Shown: one piece after another, positions 1 to 13,664 of the stretch
Layout: each line of letters starts with the position of its first letter
How positions within the stretch are numbered: the stretch's first letter is position 1
Assembly: GCA_051294375.1 (NCBI GenBank)
Contig: CM119270.1
Span: 8,173,063 to 8,237,062, forward strand
DNA: 64,000 nucleotides
Direction of reading: 5' to 3'
Source of the DNA: Paraspadella gotoi
Taxonomy: Eukaryota; Animalia; Chaetognatha
Translations under genes and position numbers: made by a program
Notes under the pieces: generated by a model
The model's input: only the letters and a program-made list of their open reading frames with translations
The model's database searches: none
Told to the model about the DNA's origin: nothing

Positions 1-240
1 ATGAGAGATGAAAGCAGCGGCAAATGAAGGATGAAAGAAAGTAGCAATGGGGGCAGTGAAAGGGATGGCAAATGAGAGGGAAAGAAGTAGCAATGGGGGC
101 AGTGAAAGGGATGGCAAATGAGAGAGTAAAGCAGTGGCAATGGGGGCAGTTGAAAGGGAAGGCGAAATGAGAGATGAACGCAGTGAAAGGGGTGGCGAAT
201 TAAAAGTGAAAGGGGTGGCAATGGGGACGGTGAAAGATGT
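1..240. repeat. Degenerate minisatellite, ~46-48 bp unit (gtagcaatgggggcagtgaaagggatggcaaatgagag...)
   Basis: Unit starts are visible at 41, 87 and 134, with decaying copies to ~240. Confidence 0.8.
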
Positions 241-554
241 GGAAATGAGCGGTAAGAGTTGAGGCGAATGGGATCGGAGTTGCGATGGGAAGGGGATGGA
301 GTCGCCGGGATCGCCGGGTCCGTGACAGGCGCGGCAATGAGTGATCCCACGAGAGTTGCGACTTTTCTTGTGAAAGAACAAAAAAAGAAACGAAAAACGA
401 GAGCGTAAACTTGATCAGGGGGAGTGTCGGTGGAGATGAAGAGATTGAAGACTGGAGTGACAGATCGAGCGGCGTGGCGAAGGGCGATGCTTGTCCAGGA
501 CCCGTCGGGTGAGTGGGACTGAGTTGCGGGCGGGAACTGGGTCAGTCTGTTCAT

Positions 555-667
<113 letters not shown>

Positions 668-770
668 GAGGTTCGGTGACCCATGATCCTGTCATTCACT
701 CGGTCGTCGTTCACGTCACAGTCCCTTCTTTTGCCTCCACGATTCCTCGAAGCCTTGGTGGTCGGGATTG

Positions 771-842
771 CTTTTTCTTTTCTTTTCTTTTCTTTTCTTT
801 TCTTTTCTTTTCTTTTCTTTTCTTTTCTTTTCTTTTCTTTTT
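771..842. repeat. (TTTTC)n microsatellite
   Basis: Direct pentanucleotide run. Confidence 0.95.
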
Positions 843-1544
843 TATTTATTTACGTTTTCCGGTTGGTCGGTCGGTCTGTCTGGCTGTTTGTTAGTCCTTC
901 GGTCTGGCATCCTACCTGTCTGTCTTTCCGTCGGTCGATCGGTCTATTCGTCAATCAGTCCAAGTTACGTTTTAAATTCCGCACCAGCTTGTTTCATACT
1001 TATGGAGTCGGGTGACCACGCACAAAGGTGATCACATGACCAGAGAGCCAATGCGGCTTTTTACTTCTAAAACTTAATTATTTTAGGTAATACTTTACAA
1101 TCAAGTGTCAAACCAGTAGATTCTGGCTGTGAATATAATTCAGACTTGTGTAGTCACGTGATCATCTAGAGAAATGCAAGCACATAAAAAAGTAACTGCG
1201 ACGGAACACCTTTAACTTTTTTTGGTTTTTTTGTTTTTTGTTTTTATCGTTTTCACTTATTTTTTTGTCGTCATTTCTTTTTGTCGTCGTCTTCGTCCTC
1301 ATTCATCTTCGTCTCCGTTTTCTTCTTCTTGAAGAAAAAAATCACCGGAAGTCAAAACTGGAGACGAGAAATGACGCGACTTTCGGGGAACTTTTTTTCT
1401 TTTTTTTTCTTCTTTTTTTTTCTTTTTTTGGTTTTGAGAAGAACTAAACAAAAGAACTCTTTAGTTGTTCCTGTCTACCGTCTATGGAAATTGCGCAAAA
1501 ATAATTTCCTCCTCTCTTTCTCTCTTTCTCTCTTTCTCTCTCTC

Positions 1545-1613
<69 letters not shown>

Positions 1614-1987
1614 CTCTCAGAAATCCGAGATAAAGCGCCGGCGTCGGTGGACGCGCGCAGCGTCCTACTTAATGTAATACCCCGAAATGAAGGCTCGCCT
1701 TGGACCCGAGCCCAGAGAGAGAGAGAGAGAGGTGAGGGGAGCGAGGAAGAGAGAAAGAGGAAGGGAAAGACAAAGAGGGAGACGGAGAGCTCGAGAGAGA
1801 GAGAGAGAGAGAGACAGATGAGTGAAAGGGGGAGAGACAGGCTATATGAAGGCAGGGATACTTCGAGGATAAAAAGAAAAATGAAGCTGAGAAAGAAGGA
1901 GATACGAAAAGAAGAGAAAATGTAAATTTGGGAGGAAAGAGGGAGGGAGGCAGGGAAAGAGAGAGAGGGACACACGGAGAGACAAAT

Positions 1988-2101
<114 letters not shown>

Positions 2102-3416
2102 GGGGGGATCGTTTTAGGCGAAGGGACCCGTCCCAGGATGTAGGGCAAAACGTCTAGACGAAACCTCGCCTTTCGATGATGGCGACGTTGCGATGGAGGG
2201 CGGCAGGAGGCAGGAGGCCGAAGAGATGGATCCTGGGATGGGTAAGGTGGGGGTGGGTTAGGGTGGTAAGTTGGGGGTTCGTCCGGAGAGTAAGGGATGG
2301 CTGGGATGGCGAGTCTGAGGGGAATTGTTTGGTGCTATAGATGGGAAGAGGCGGTGAAGATTGGATCAGATCTGAAAGATCAAAAAAGAGCGCGGTTTGA
2401 TATTTTCAATTTTGTATTTATCTAAATATTAGAATGGGATGAGACTGACGAGTGAGGGCGTATGAATCGTATGATATATCTTCATATCAAGAAGTTGCAA
2501 ATTGAAAATGGCGTTAAAAACTCCCAGGTTTGTTGCGACAACAGCAACAAAAAACAACGACAACGATGACAATATCGAGAAAGGGTTTCGGGGTCAAAAG
2601 TGCAACTCGGATTCGAACTTTACGATTGAGAAACAAAGAGAAGGCGAGGGACAAGACAAGTGTACAGGAGTTGAGTTAGAAGGCAGTTCAAATAAATGAC
2701 TTGAAAGGGAGAGGGAAAAAGACGGGACGGGATGGAACAATATACAACGGGATTCGACGGGGCAGGAAAAGACCAGACGGGACGGGATCTGGACAGGACT
2801 GCGGAAATTTAAAAGAATATGTGGATGACGAAGTTGCGGACGAAAGGAAGAATGAGGAATGTTAAAGGTAAGGGCGAAAGGTCTGGTTGAAGATAAGAGC
2901 CAAGTGTCAGGGTAAGTATGAAGTCGAGAGTTAGGAGGATGAGAAGGCGGAGGGTAAGTACAAAATCTAAAGTGAGGACGAGCGAAAAGTGAATGTTAAA
3001 GTTAGAAGCATAGGCGTGGGTGAGTTCGATTTTCGAGGGTGATGGGGACGAGGATGAGAAGGTGAGGAAGAGAGTGAGGAAAGGGCTGAGGGTGCGAACC
3101 AAATCCAGGGTGAGGACGAGAGAGAGGGCGAGCGACGAGGCAAAGAGACAAATTAACGAAGGGTGGAGTTTTATCCCACGGATCTCCTTTTCGGCCACGA
3201 GGGAAAATTGCGATGAAAAATGGAAAAAGGGTTTTGAAGGAAAGGAGAAAAGAAAAGAAAGGAAATATGGATACGATAAGAAATAACAAAGAAGGTAACG
3301 AAAAATGTAAATAAAAACTCAATGAAAAAAAACAAAAGATAGAAAATAATTGAAATTTGGCTTCTGTCGTCGATTGTGAGATATCGACGCCGATGGCGGG
3401 GGCGCGGCTGGGGCGC

Positions 3417-3418
<2 letters not shown>

Positions 3419-3457
<39 letters not shown>
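3419..3457. repeat. (GGC)n microsatellite
   Basis: Direct trinucleotide run in a short GC-rich patch. No flanking exon could be supported. Confidence 0.9.
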
Positions 3458-3587
3458 AGACGGCGTTTCAAAGGCTGTCACATTCGTCCACTGAATGAGT
3501 GATTGCGCTCCTCTCACGTTCGGCGTAAGAGAGAGAGTTAGAATTAGAGCGAGAGAGAGAGCGCCAGAGAGAGAGAGAGAGCGAGAG

Positions 3588-3668
<81 letters not shown>

Positions 3669-6115
3669 AGAGCGAGAGAGAAGAGAAGGAGCTAATGGCC
3701 CTGTTATAACATGGAAATCGACTCGGGGCGTGACTTTATCAGCCTTTGTTTAATCTGTTGGTTTGAAAATTTTTAAAATAGACGAAAAAATAAAAAAATT
3801 GTAGAAATATTTTGTTGAAATATATTTTAATTCTGTATTCCATAGCACCTGACAAACAGAATAAAAAAATTGTACCTAATGACGTTTCACCATTACTCGT
3901 TTTGTTAGTCTTTTTATTTTTAACGGATTCCTCCGTTAACCACAATCGCCATTTTGGATCAAACATAAAATGTTACCCTCACTACAATATTCACAAACGG
4001 TTGAATCCTCGAATCCGACCCGTCAAAGACTCGTCATAAATTCTGCATCGAATTGAAGAGAGAGAAGGACGAACAAAACCGGACACATTTGTATTCGGAC
4101 GGGGTGAACGACTGTACATCTAATATGAGAATCCCGACCAAGCCGAAATGGCTTCCCTCTCTCTCTCTCTTCTCTCTCCTCTCTCTTTCTCTCTCTCTCT
4201 CTCTGCTCTCTCTCTCTCTCTCTCTCTCATCTCCTCTCTCTCGTTCTTCTCTCTCTCTTTGTTCCTCACTATCCTCCATCCCCTTCTATAATTATTTTTG
4301 AATGAAAGGGTTACATTATTGATTGTCCTTCTTTGTCTGACATTTCTGCCTCATCTTTTGCTTTTTCATTATTCAGTTTTCCATTTTCTTTATCTTTTCT
4401 CTCATTGACTTTTTTTCTCTAGCCTGAAGCCGCCACTTAGATATATCTTCTGTGTACTGTTATACTCTCTCTCTCTCTCTCCTCTCCTCTCTTCTCTCTC
4501 CTTTCTCTCCTTTTCTCTCTCTCTCTCTCGGCAGCTTCCCTATTTTTTTTAATTGACCCCAGTGATGGGTAAGGCTGTGAACCGTTCTTAAACTCTTCTC
4601 TCTGTCAAAGGGGAAGGTTTTGCTTTGTCATCACGTATCGTTTTCGGGTTTTTTCAACAAGCGAGATTATTTGCTTTACTAACTTACCACCCTAACTTTG
4701 TGGCTAACAGGAAATAGATGGAAACTAGAAAGTGAATGTTTTTTAGGTCGAAAATGAATGTAAAGTCATTGTGGATGAGTCAGTGTAGTGGATTTCGGCG
4801 GGAAACCAGTCTGAGAAAAGGAATTATTAGTGTAAGATATTTTTTGCATTAATGTTTTAATTCTTAATTTCACTTTTATTTTAAGTTCAATAAGAAAGTC
4901 ATTATGCTAGTAAATTATGGTATTAAATTGAGGATAAGCACTGCACTGCTGTGGGAGAAACTGAGATTTAAAGAGAAAACCAACGTGAGTAAGACGGGGC
5001 GAGTCCGAAAGAATGCCATTGTGGAAGAGGGGTGGAAGATTGCCGGGAAAAACCATTGTGGAAGTTTGAAGGTCTGCGGCAGATTTCTAATCTTTGGTCG
5101 CCGATCGAGATTCGACGCTTGTGACGCCTCATGGATCATTAAGACCCACGAGAAGAAAATGAAAAGGAGAGGAGCTAAAGGAAAAGGAAAGGAGCGAAAG
5201 GAAAAAGGAAACGAGCGAAAAGTAAAGAAAATAGAAAGGAGCAAGAGAAAAAGAAAAGGAGTTAAAGGAAAAAAGGCAAAGGACGTGGAAAGGAGCAAAA
5301 AGGAAAATAAAAAGAGCAAAAAGAGTGAAAGAAAAATTGAAATAAAAGGAGTGAAAGAAAAGATGAGGAGCGTTTGGGAAAGAAAATTTGCGAAAGTGAA
5401 AGAAAAGGAGCGAAATTAAAAGGAAAGATGCAAAAGGATGAGGAGAGAATCAAGAGGGGAAAGAATAAGAGAGGATCTGAAAAAAAAGGGAGAGAAGCCT
5501 AAGAAGGCAAGAGGAGAACATTGTGGCGGTCCGATTAAAAAACGGTAGCAAGACCGATCTCCTCTTCTCTCTTTTCGATGACCGAGCTGGCCGAGTCGCC
5601 TTCTTCCAAGGTTCAATCCAAGGATGTCGTTAAAAATTTCGCTTATTAAACATCCGGTGAGTTTGGCACTAGTACTCAAGATATCACGCGGTCCATGTAT
5701 GACGGGTAATCAGTTTCATAACGTTTCATAAAAAAGCGATTTGGATAAATAATGAGAAGGAAAAAAGAACGAAATACAATGTTTGGGATTTCAAAGATTC
5801 TCTCCTCTTTTCCTTTTTTTCTCATTCTATTTATTTTTCAAATTTTCAATACAACTTCGTAGTCCGTTTCTTTCTCAACTCTTCATTCCTCCTTTCATAT
5901 CTCAACAATTTGAAAACTACTTACCTTTCTTCGAGACATTGTCCTCACCTCACCTTTTCCTCACTCTCCAGAGACGCTCCTGATAGCAGCGCCCTCTTCT
6001 CGTTTCTTCCTCACAATCGTCTTCGCTTGCTCCCTCTTTTCTCTCCAGCCTCTCCCTGACATTGACAAATTGTCGACGCCGCTCCAGGACAGAAAGAGGA
6101 GGGAAAGGGGAGAGT

Positions 6116-6155
<40 letters not shown>

Positions 6156-6173
6156 CGAGAGAGAGAGAGAGGA

Positions 6174-6204
<31 letters not shown>

Positions 6205-7215
6205 AAAGAACAAAAAATAGAGGTTAATTTTCTATGAAGGAAAATAATATGAAAATTGAAACGCGAGTAATTTTGATGCGTTGGGGAAAAACATAAAGGT
6301 TTTTGGTTAATTTTATAAGGTCTTGACAGAAAGGTCAACAAAGGAAAAAAAAGAGAAGAGAAGAGAATGGGGGGAGAGCAGAGAGAGAGAGAGAGAGAGA
6401 GAGAAGAGAGAGAAGAGTAGAGAGAGAGAGAGAGAGAGAGAATGAGCAAGCAAAACAGAGAAAAAAAAAAAAGCTTTAAAAAAAAGTCAGTCTGTTAAGC
6501 TTTTATGGGCAAAAATATTCCGGGCGTGAGAACCGGGGGATCAGTTGGTCCAGGATAACCGATCCGGGTCCTTTGTTCATTTACTTGTGTGGGTAATAAT
6601 GGTTATTGCGCTGTCGCTCTTTACTTTGATGGATATTTTGCTGGCAATTTTCTCTCTTTTCATTAGCAAGCAAGATTTCTTGGCCAATGAATGACGCCGC
6701 AATGAATGACCGCCGCACACAACGGAAAGGCTTTAAAAAGTTTGTGACCGATCACCACACGAATCCATCACAATCGTTTAGGGGAAACTTTCTCTTCTTG
6801 TATGATGAACGGGTGGTTCAGGATACTTTCAAAATCCGGACTTCCGGGATTTCAATCCCTGTGTTCTATGTTTTTTTCTAATTTGAAAGAGAGAGAGAGA
6901 CGAGATAACCTCGCCTATTGGCGAGTCTAAAGAAGCAGTCGCTGTTTACACCTTATTATTTAACTTATGCCCCAAAACCAAGAATTTTCATTTTGTCAAA
7001 TTGTTACAAACTCTACAGCACCTTAATATATTTATTTTAATGTATTTATGAAAAAAAATGAAATTGCTTGTCTCAGCTTGTCAACCTTATTTATTCATAA
7101 TAATTACAACAAGACTGAACAGTTTTCGCGTCTCTTCGTGCCACCAGCGCACATCGGAATTTTCCAGCAACGTCAATTTCCCCCACGCCTCGCTCAATTT
7201 CCGCTCTCTCCTCTC

Positions 7216-7247
<32 letters not shown>

Positions 7248-8712
7248 GTTCTCTCTACTCTCTCCCTCTCATGGCTATACTCGAAGCCTCGTAATCAGCG
7301 CAGAGTCCGGAGCAGCCGCGCGCGGCGGCCGAGCGGCTGATCCCTGCCTTCGACTTACGTTCGCTCGGTCATCTTACTACTCCTCTTATCCTCTTCCTTC
7401 TCCTTATCTCTCGGATCCGCGCGGACTGCGAATTCGATCCGGTCTGAGCCGCAGCGCTGCGTTACTCTTTCTCTCTCTCTTAACGCTCGTCAAAACCGCC
7501 GATTCTCTTCCTCTCTGCTCCGAGCGGATCGATCATGGGTTCGCGCGGATCTGGGAGTCTTTTGAAATGTAAGGCAAGAATTAATGAAAGAAAAGAAAGA
7601 CATATTCGGAGAAGAAAGAAAGAAAAAAGCAAGGATATAAAGAAGCAGAAAGGAAGATGGAAATAAATTAATTTAGATCCCAATTTTGTACTCTACAAGA
7701 CAGTCATGAACTTCTATGTTTAGTGTTGTTTGCCTTAATAATTTACTTTTTTGAAATACTTAGCAAACTGTTTGGGATGAAAAAATTGATCTAATTTACA
7801 GAAATATAAGACAAAGAACTACTGCAACAAGATAAACTTCGAAATGTCTCGTTTCTTATAGTAAAAAAGAGAGATTTAATTTAAAAAACTAACTATTATT
7901 GTAAACATCGTTTTTTTGGAAATATGAGGCTATCTATGGAGGCGCCAAAAAATTTGTCTCAACTAAAACTGGCCTCGAAAAAATAAAAGGAGAGAGAAGA
8001 AGAGCACAAGTCAAAAAATTATACAATAATGATAATGAAAGAAAATGAAATGAATAGAAATGTAGTATCTAGTTTGTTGACGCTCTAAATAAAGACCAGA
8101 AAACGAAACACACACAAAATACATAAAACATATATAAGTTGAAATTTTATTTTTAAAGTTATTTTATTTAGTTTATTTTAAATAAAATACCTAAAGATGA
8201 CAAATAAGAAGAGTGTGAGGAATGAAAAAATATTATATTTAAAAAAAATAAGAGAAATAGAGAGCAAGAAAGCAACGGATAGAGAGAAGCAAGAGAAAGA
8301 GCGGATAGAGAGAGAGAGATTTCCGGCCCTATAACGCTCGACATCGACGCGAAGAGCCCGACTCACGCATCGAGAGAGAGAAATCTCCCCGATCCGAGCG
8401 AAGAAGCCCGGAAAGGAGAAGTGAGTCGGTCGCAGCCGCGCGCCGCTGCTCCGGTGGACGGGCTGCGTCCGGAGAGCGTGAGTATGATGACTCCTCTCTC
8501 TCTCTCTCTCTCTCTCTCCTCTCTCCTCTCCATCTCCCATCCTTTCCTTGCGCCGCTCTCCATCTCTACTCTTTTTTGCCACTCTCTCCTGGTTGTCTTC
8601 TCTTCTCTCATCTCTTTTTTCTCGGGCGAAATAGATAAGACGTTTCTCTCCAGTTGGCGCCGAAACAAGAACGTAAAACAGTGCCGGTCGATCGGAGAGA
8701 GAGAGAGAGAGA

Positions 8713-8771
<59 letters not shown>

Positions 8772-8802
8772 AGGAGAGAGTGAGAAAGAGTGAGAGAGAG
8801 TG

Positions 8803-8881
<79 letters not shown>

Positions 8882-9797
8882 CGGGAAACAACCCTGGGGG
8901 CGCCACATTAACCAAAACAAATGAACGTCGTATGTGGGAAGAGAGCGAGAAAAAAAAACCAGGGTAAAAATGAGAACGAAAAGGGGAAGTTGGTAGAAAA
9001 AAATTGGTGGAAGCTAAAAAATATTTAAAGGAATAAATGAATAAAATAATAAACAAAATAAGGAAAAGGAAAAGAGAGAAAAAATAATGAAACTTTAAAG
9101 TGATGAATGAGCCAGTATTGATGAACTGGAATATAGGAGAAGAAGGGAGATGAATGAACGAATGAATGAACGAAGGGTGAAGAGGGAGATGAACGGAAAG
9201 AGTTGATTGCACAATGACATGAATACAACTGAACGATGTACCCAGCGACACTCGAACCTTGAGAATAGAGTCAATCGCCGAATGACTTCAAGGATATAAA
9301 AGACGATGAGGCTTAGAAAAATGAGCAGGAAATGCATAAAGTGGAAAAAAAAACTGGATTGGGGGAAAAATGGGTAAAATGGAAAGTTGAAAAAAGGGAA
9401 TGGGTACGGGGTCACGTGACTGGTTTCCTGAGGTCTTGGCTCTGAGGTATGTGGTCTGCGGTTTTGGATCTGGGTTCTTGGGTCTGGGGCACGGGGACTC
9501 GGTTCTGGGGTCTGAGTTAAACATAAACAACCTCGGGACAAAACGATAAGTCGAGACGAAAAAAAGAGAAATCGATGGATGACTTGAGGAGATGGATTGA
9601 TCGATTGATCGATTTCGATCCTGATCGATGAAAGAGCAAAATGATTAAGATCTGATTATTGAGATGGCGGGAAGAAGTCAAAGTAGATCGGAGAATCGTT
9701 ATCTTAAAAATGAGTTTCTTTCCAAATAATTTACGATTAGTTATTTGGTAAGAGTTGCTGTCGTTGTTGTTGTCGTCGTTTCTTATGTCTTTATCGA

Positions 9798-10722
9798 NNN
9801 NNNNNNNNNNNNNNNNNNNNNNNNNNNNNNNNNNNNNNNNNNNNNNNNNNNNNNNNNNNNNNNNNNNNNNNNNNNNNNNNNNNNNNNNNNNNNNNNNNNN
9901 NNNNNNNNNNNNNNNNNNNNNNNNNNNNNNNNNNNNNNNNNNNNNNNNNNNNNNNNNNNNNNNNNNNNNNNNNNNNNNNNNNNNNNNNNNNNNNNNNNNN
10001 NNNNNNNNNNNNNNNNNNNNNNNNNNNNNNNNNNNNNNNNNNNNNNNNNNNNNNNNNNNNNNNNNNNNNNNNNNNNNNNNNNNNNNNNNNNNNNNNNNNN
10101 NNNNNNNNNNNNNNNNNNNNNNNNNNNNNNNNNNNNNNNNNNNNNNNNNNNNNNNNNNNNNNNNNNNNNNNNNNNNNNNNNNNNNNNNNNNNNNNNNNNN
10201 NNNNNNNNNNNNNNNNNNNNNNNNNNNNNNNNNNNNNNNNNNNNNNNNNNNNNNNNNNNNNNNNNNNNNNNNNNNNNNNNNNNNNNNNNNNNNNNNNNNN
10301 NNNNNNNNNNNNNNNNNNNNNNNNNNNNNNNNNNNNNNNNNNNNNNNNNNNNNNNNNNNNNNNNNNNNNNNNNNNNNNNNNNNNNNNNNNNNNNNNNNNN
10401 NNNNNNNNNNNNNNNNNNNNNNNNNNNNNNNNNNNNNNNNNNNNNNNNNNNNNNNNNNNNNNNNNNNNNNNNNNNNNNNNNNNNNNNNNNNNNNNNNNNN
10501 NNNNNNNNNNNNNNNNNNNNNNNNNNNNNNNNNNNNNNNNNNNNNNNNNNNNNNNNNNNNNNNNNNNNNNNNNNNNNNNNNNNNNNNNNNNNNNNNNNNN
10601 NNNNNNNNNNNNNNNNNNNNNNNNNNNNNNNNNNNNNNNNNNNNNNNNNNNNNNNNNNNNNNNNNNNNNNNNNNNNNNNNNNNNNNNNNNNNNNNNNNNN
10701 NNNNNNNNNNNNNNNNNNNNNN
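9798..10722. other. Assembly gap (largest of ten)
   Basis: N run. Other gaps: 11668-11774, 12028-12285, 12841-13070, 15364-15420, 16236-16260, 24468-24647, 24999-25008, 50664-50688, 60454-60463. Confidence 0.99.
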
Positions 10723-10779
10723 TAATCGACCGCGGAGACTCTACGGATGCAAATCTTAAGAGTAACCTTGTCCTTCTGC

Positions 10780-10823
<44 letters not shown>

Positions 10824-10834
10824 TCTCTCTTTCT

Positions 10835-10865
<31 letters not shown>

Positions 10866-13551
10866 ACTCGTCACCTGTCTCTTTCCGTAAAGAAGCTAGA
10901 TACGCTTTTGCGAGGGGTGGAAAGGCCCCTTAAACATTTCAAGAAGACTTGAAATGCAATAGCAAAAACTACAAGCACAAGCAAACCAGTAAAATCACAC
11001 AAACAAATCCCGCCGTGCTCGAACTGGAGAAGAGGATGGACACGTGACAAAAACCGAGACGAGACGAGAGAGAGAGAGATGAAGAGAGAGAGAGGCGAGA
11101 GAGAGAAAGGAGAGAGGAGAAAGAAGAAGAGGAGAGGAGAGTGAGGAGAGGACGGAGCCGACTCCGAAAGATTGAAATTCGGACTATTGGACGGTTTATA
11201 TTTCTCGGCGCGCGCGTGAGGGAAAGTGGAGTGGCTTTAAGGAGGGCAAGGGCTTTCCTTCTAAAAGCAATTCTGCAATATTTAAAATAACCGTACAATC
11301 GGGCTAATGTGGTTATATAACAAGAAGCAAAAGAGATTAATGAAAGACCAAACAATAATTAACTTAGAGATTATTTAGATTATTATTATTTTAATTTTAA
11401 ATATTTTTTTATTTTGTTTTAATATTTTACTTTAACTATATTAAAGTAGGATTTCAAAAATATTTTGTACCAACACTTATTTGTATACTGCAGTACAAAG
11501 TTAATAACCTTTTACTTTTCTTAGACCTATTAAGTAAATTTTGATTTTACACTGTATCTCACTTCTCAGTTAAAACAGATAATGATGGTAATTGAATCCC
11601 TTAATTAATTTTTTTTGGTAATGATCTGATCAGTACAGTAACTTTCAAATACTCACGTATGCATAATNNNNNNNNNNNNNNNNNNNNNNNNNNNNNNNNN
11701 NNNNNNNNNNNNNNNNNNNNNNNNNNNNNNNNNNNNNNNNNNNNNNNNNNNNNNNNNNNNNNNNNNNNNNNNNNNGAGCAATTATCAAATTAATTCTTCA
11801 CTATTAAAGTTAATTTATGAAAAAATCTGAAAAATGTGATTTTAAACTCGGCGTCTTAAGCCGGTTACCTAAAGTGTACTTTCAGACTTTGTCCAATCCT
11901 TGGCGGTTCAAAACGCCTCGATTAATGACAAAAATATTGTAAGAACCTTTAAAATAATTTATTGGTAAAGACTTCTTGGTCTCGCCGAACTCTCCCAATC
12001 TCCTTTCCCATCCTCTCCCTCCTCCCANNNNNNNNNNNNNNNNNNNNNNNNNNNNNNNNNNNNNNNNNNNNNNNNNNNNNNNNNNNNNNNNNNNNNNNNN
12101 NNNNNNNNNNNNNNNNNNNNNNNNNNNNNNNNNNNNNNNNNNNNNNNNNNNNNNNNNNNNNNNNNNNNNNNNNNNNNNNNNNNNNNNNNNNNNNNNNNNN
12201 NNNNNNNNNNNNNNNNNNNNNNNNNNNNNNNNNNNNNNNNNNNNNNNNNNNNNNNNNNNNNNNNNNNNNNNNNNNNNNNNNNNNNTTTGACTGTGGAAAT
12301 TGTGTTTTAATCTTTTAAACTCTTGAAATTAAAATGAAAAGGGGTACTTAAGTAGTTTTTCTTATTTATTTTGGATTGTTATTACACATCCACAACAAGA
12401 GGCGTCATACCTCTAGGCCTTTTAAAAATCATGACTTAGACCGTTTGGCAAATGGCGTTTGCCGAGATAAGCGAAAGAGAGAAAGGTAAGTTTCAACAAT
12501 TTTCGCAAGTTCCAGTTTAAAATCCTTGCAATATAAGTTATAAACGCATATAAATTACCTAATTTCCTTCTAGACATGAAATACATTTTACAATGGAAAT
12601 ATCCACCTAAATTTCTCTCTTCCTCTCGGCTTCTCTCACCCGCAATTCCATCGCCTCATATTGACCTCAAAGCTTATGGACGAAGTACTTTGGCGCGCGA
12701 GGCGTGGGAGGAGAATCGTGGGTTGGGGGAAGTGAGAGAGAGAGAGAGGGAGTGAGTGAGAGGGATAGGAAGACGAGGGAGTGAGCTTGAAGTGAGAAAT
12801 CGGGCGCGACGAAAAAGAAAGAAGAAGAAAAAGAAAGAAGNNNNNNNNNNNNNNNNNNNNNNNNNNNNNNNNNNNNNNNNNNNNNNNNNNNNNNNNNNNN
12901 NNNNNNNNNNNNNNNNNNNNNNNNNNNNNNNNNNNNNNNNNNNNNNNNNNNNNNNNNNNNNNNNNNNNNNNNNNNNNNNNNNNNNNNNNNNNNNNNNNNN
13001 NNNNNNNNNNNNNNNNNNNNNNNNNNNNNNNNNNNNNNNNNNNNNNNNNNNNNNNNNNNNNNNNNNNNNNGGGCGCGTGGGAGAGGAGGCGCGAGACGAG
13101 AAATAGAGGGAGCCAAAGAGGGGCGCGCTTCACCGAAAAGTGGGGTCAATTGGCCACAGCGGAGTTTTTTTGGAAATACAAATAACTTTGGCCCGTTTTT
13201 ATTTTCTTCCTTCTCTCACTAAATAAAAATGGTATGAATATAATAATATATATAATATCATATGTTCCAACCTTCTTTGTATTTTAAAAAAGAAGATGGC
13301 GTAACCGTAACCCAAAGTAGATAAAATAATTTAAATTACACTTGATATCTCTCAAGAAAATCCAACATTTCAATGAAAAAATAAAGATACAAACATAAAA
13401 CCATAATGAAAGCTTTTTACATAATTTAGCTTTTAGGGTTTAGGAAAAAAAATGACTTGTGGGAGTGAGTTTATTGTTTGGTGGGGAAAAACATCCGTGG
13501 GACTTTTTGAGTTTATTATTTATGAGTTAGAGATAAGAATCTGTAGAGAGA

Positions 13552-13664
<113 letters not shown>

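Noticed and set aside
7290-8480. Two GC-rich patches with partial inverted similarity
   Set aside because: The match is short and the intervening sequence is not palindromic. The local sequence looks error-prone.
9745-13149. Long ORFs (up to 363 aa) in the track
   Set aside because: They consist almost entirely of N-gap.
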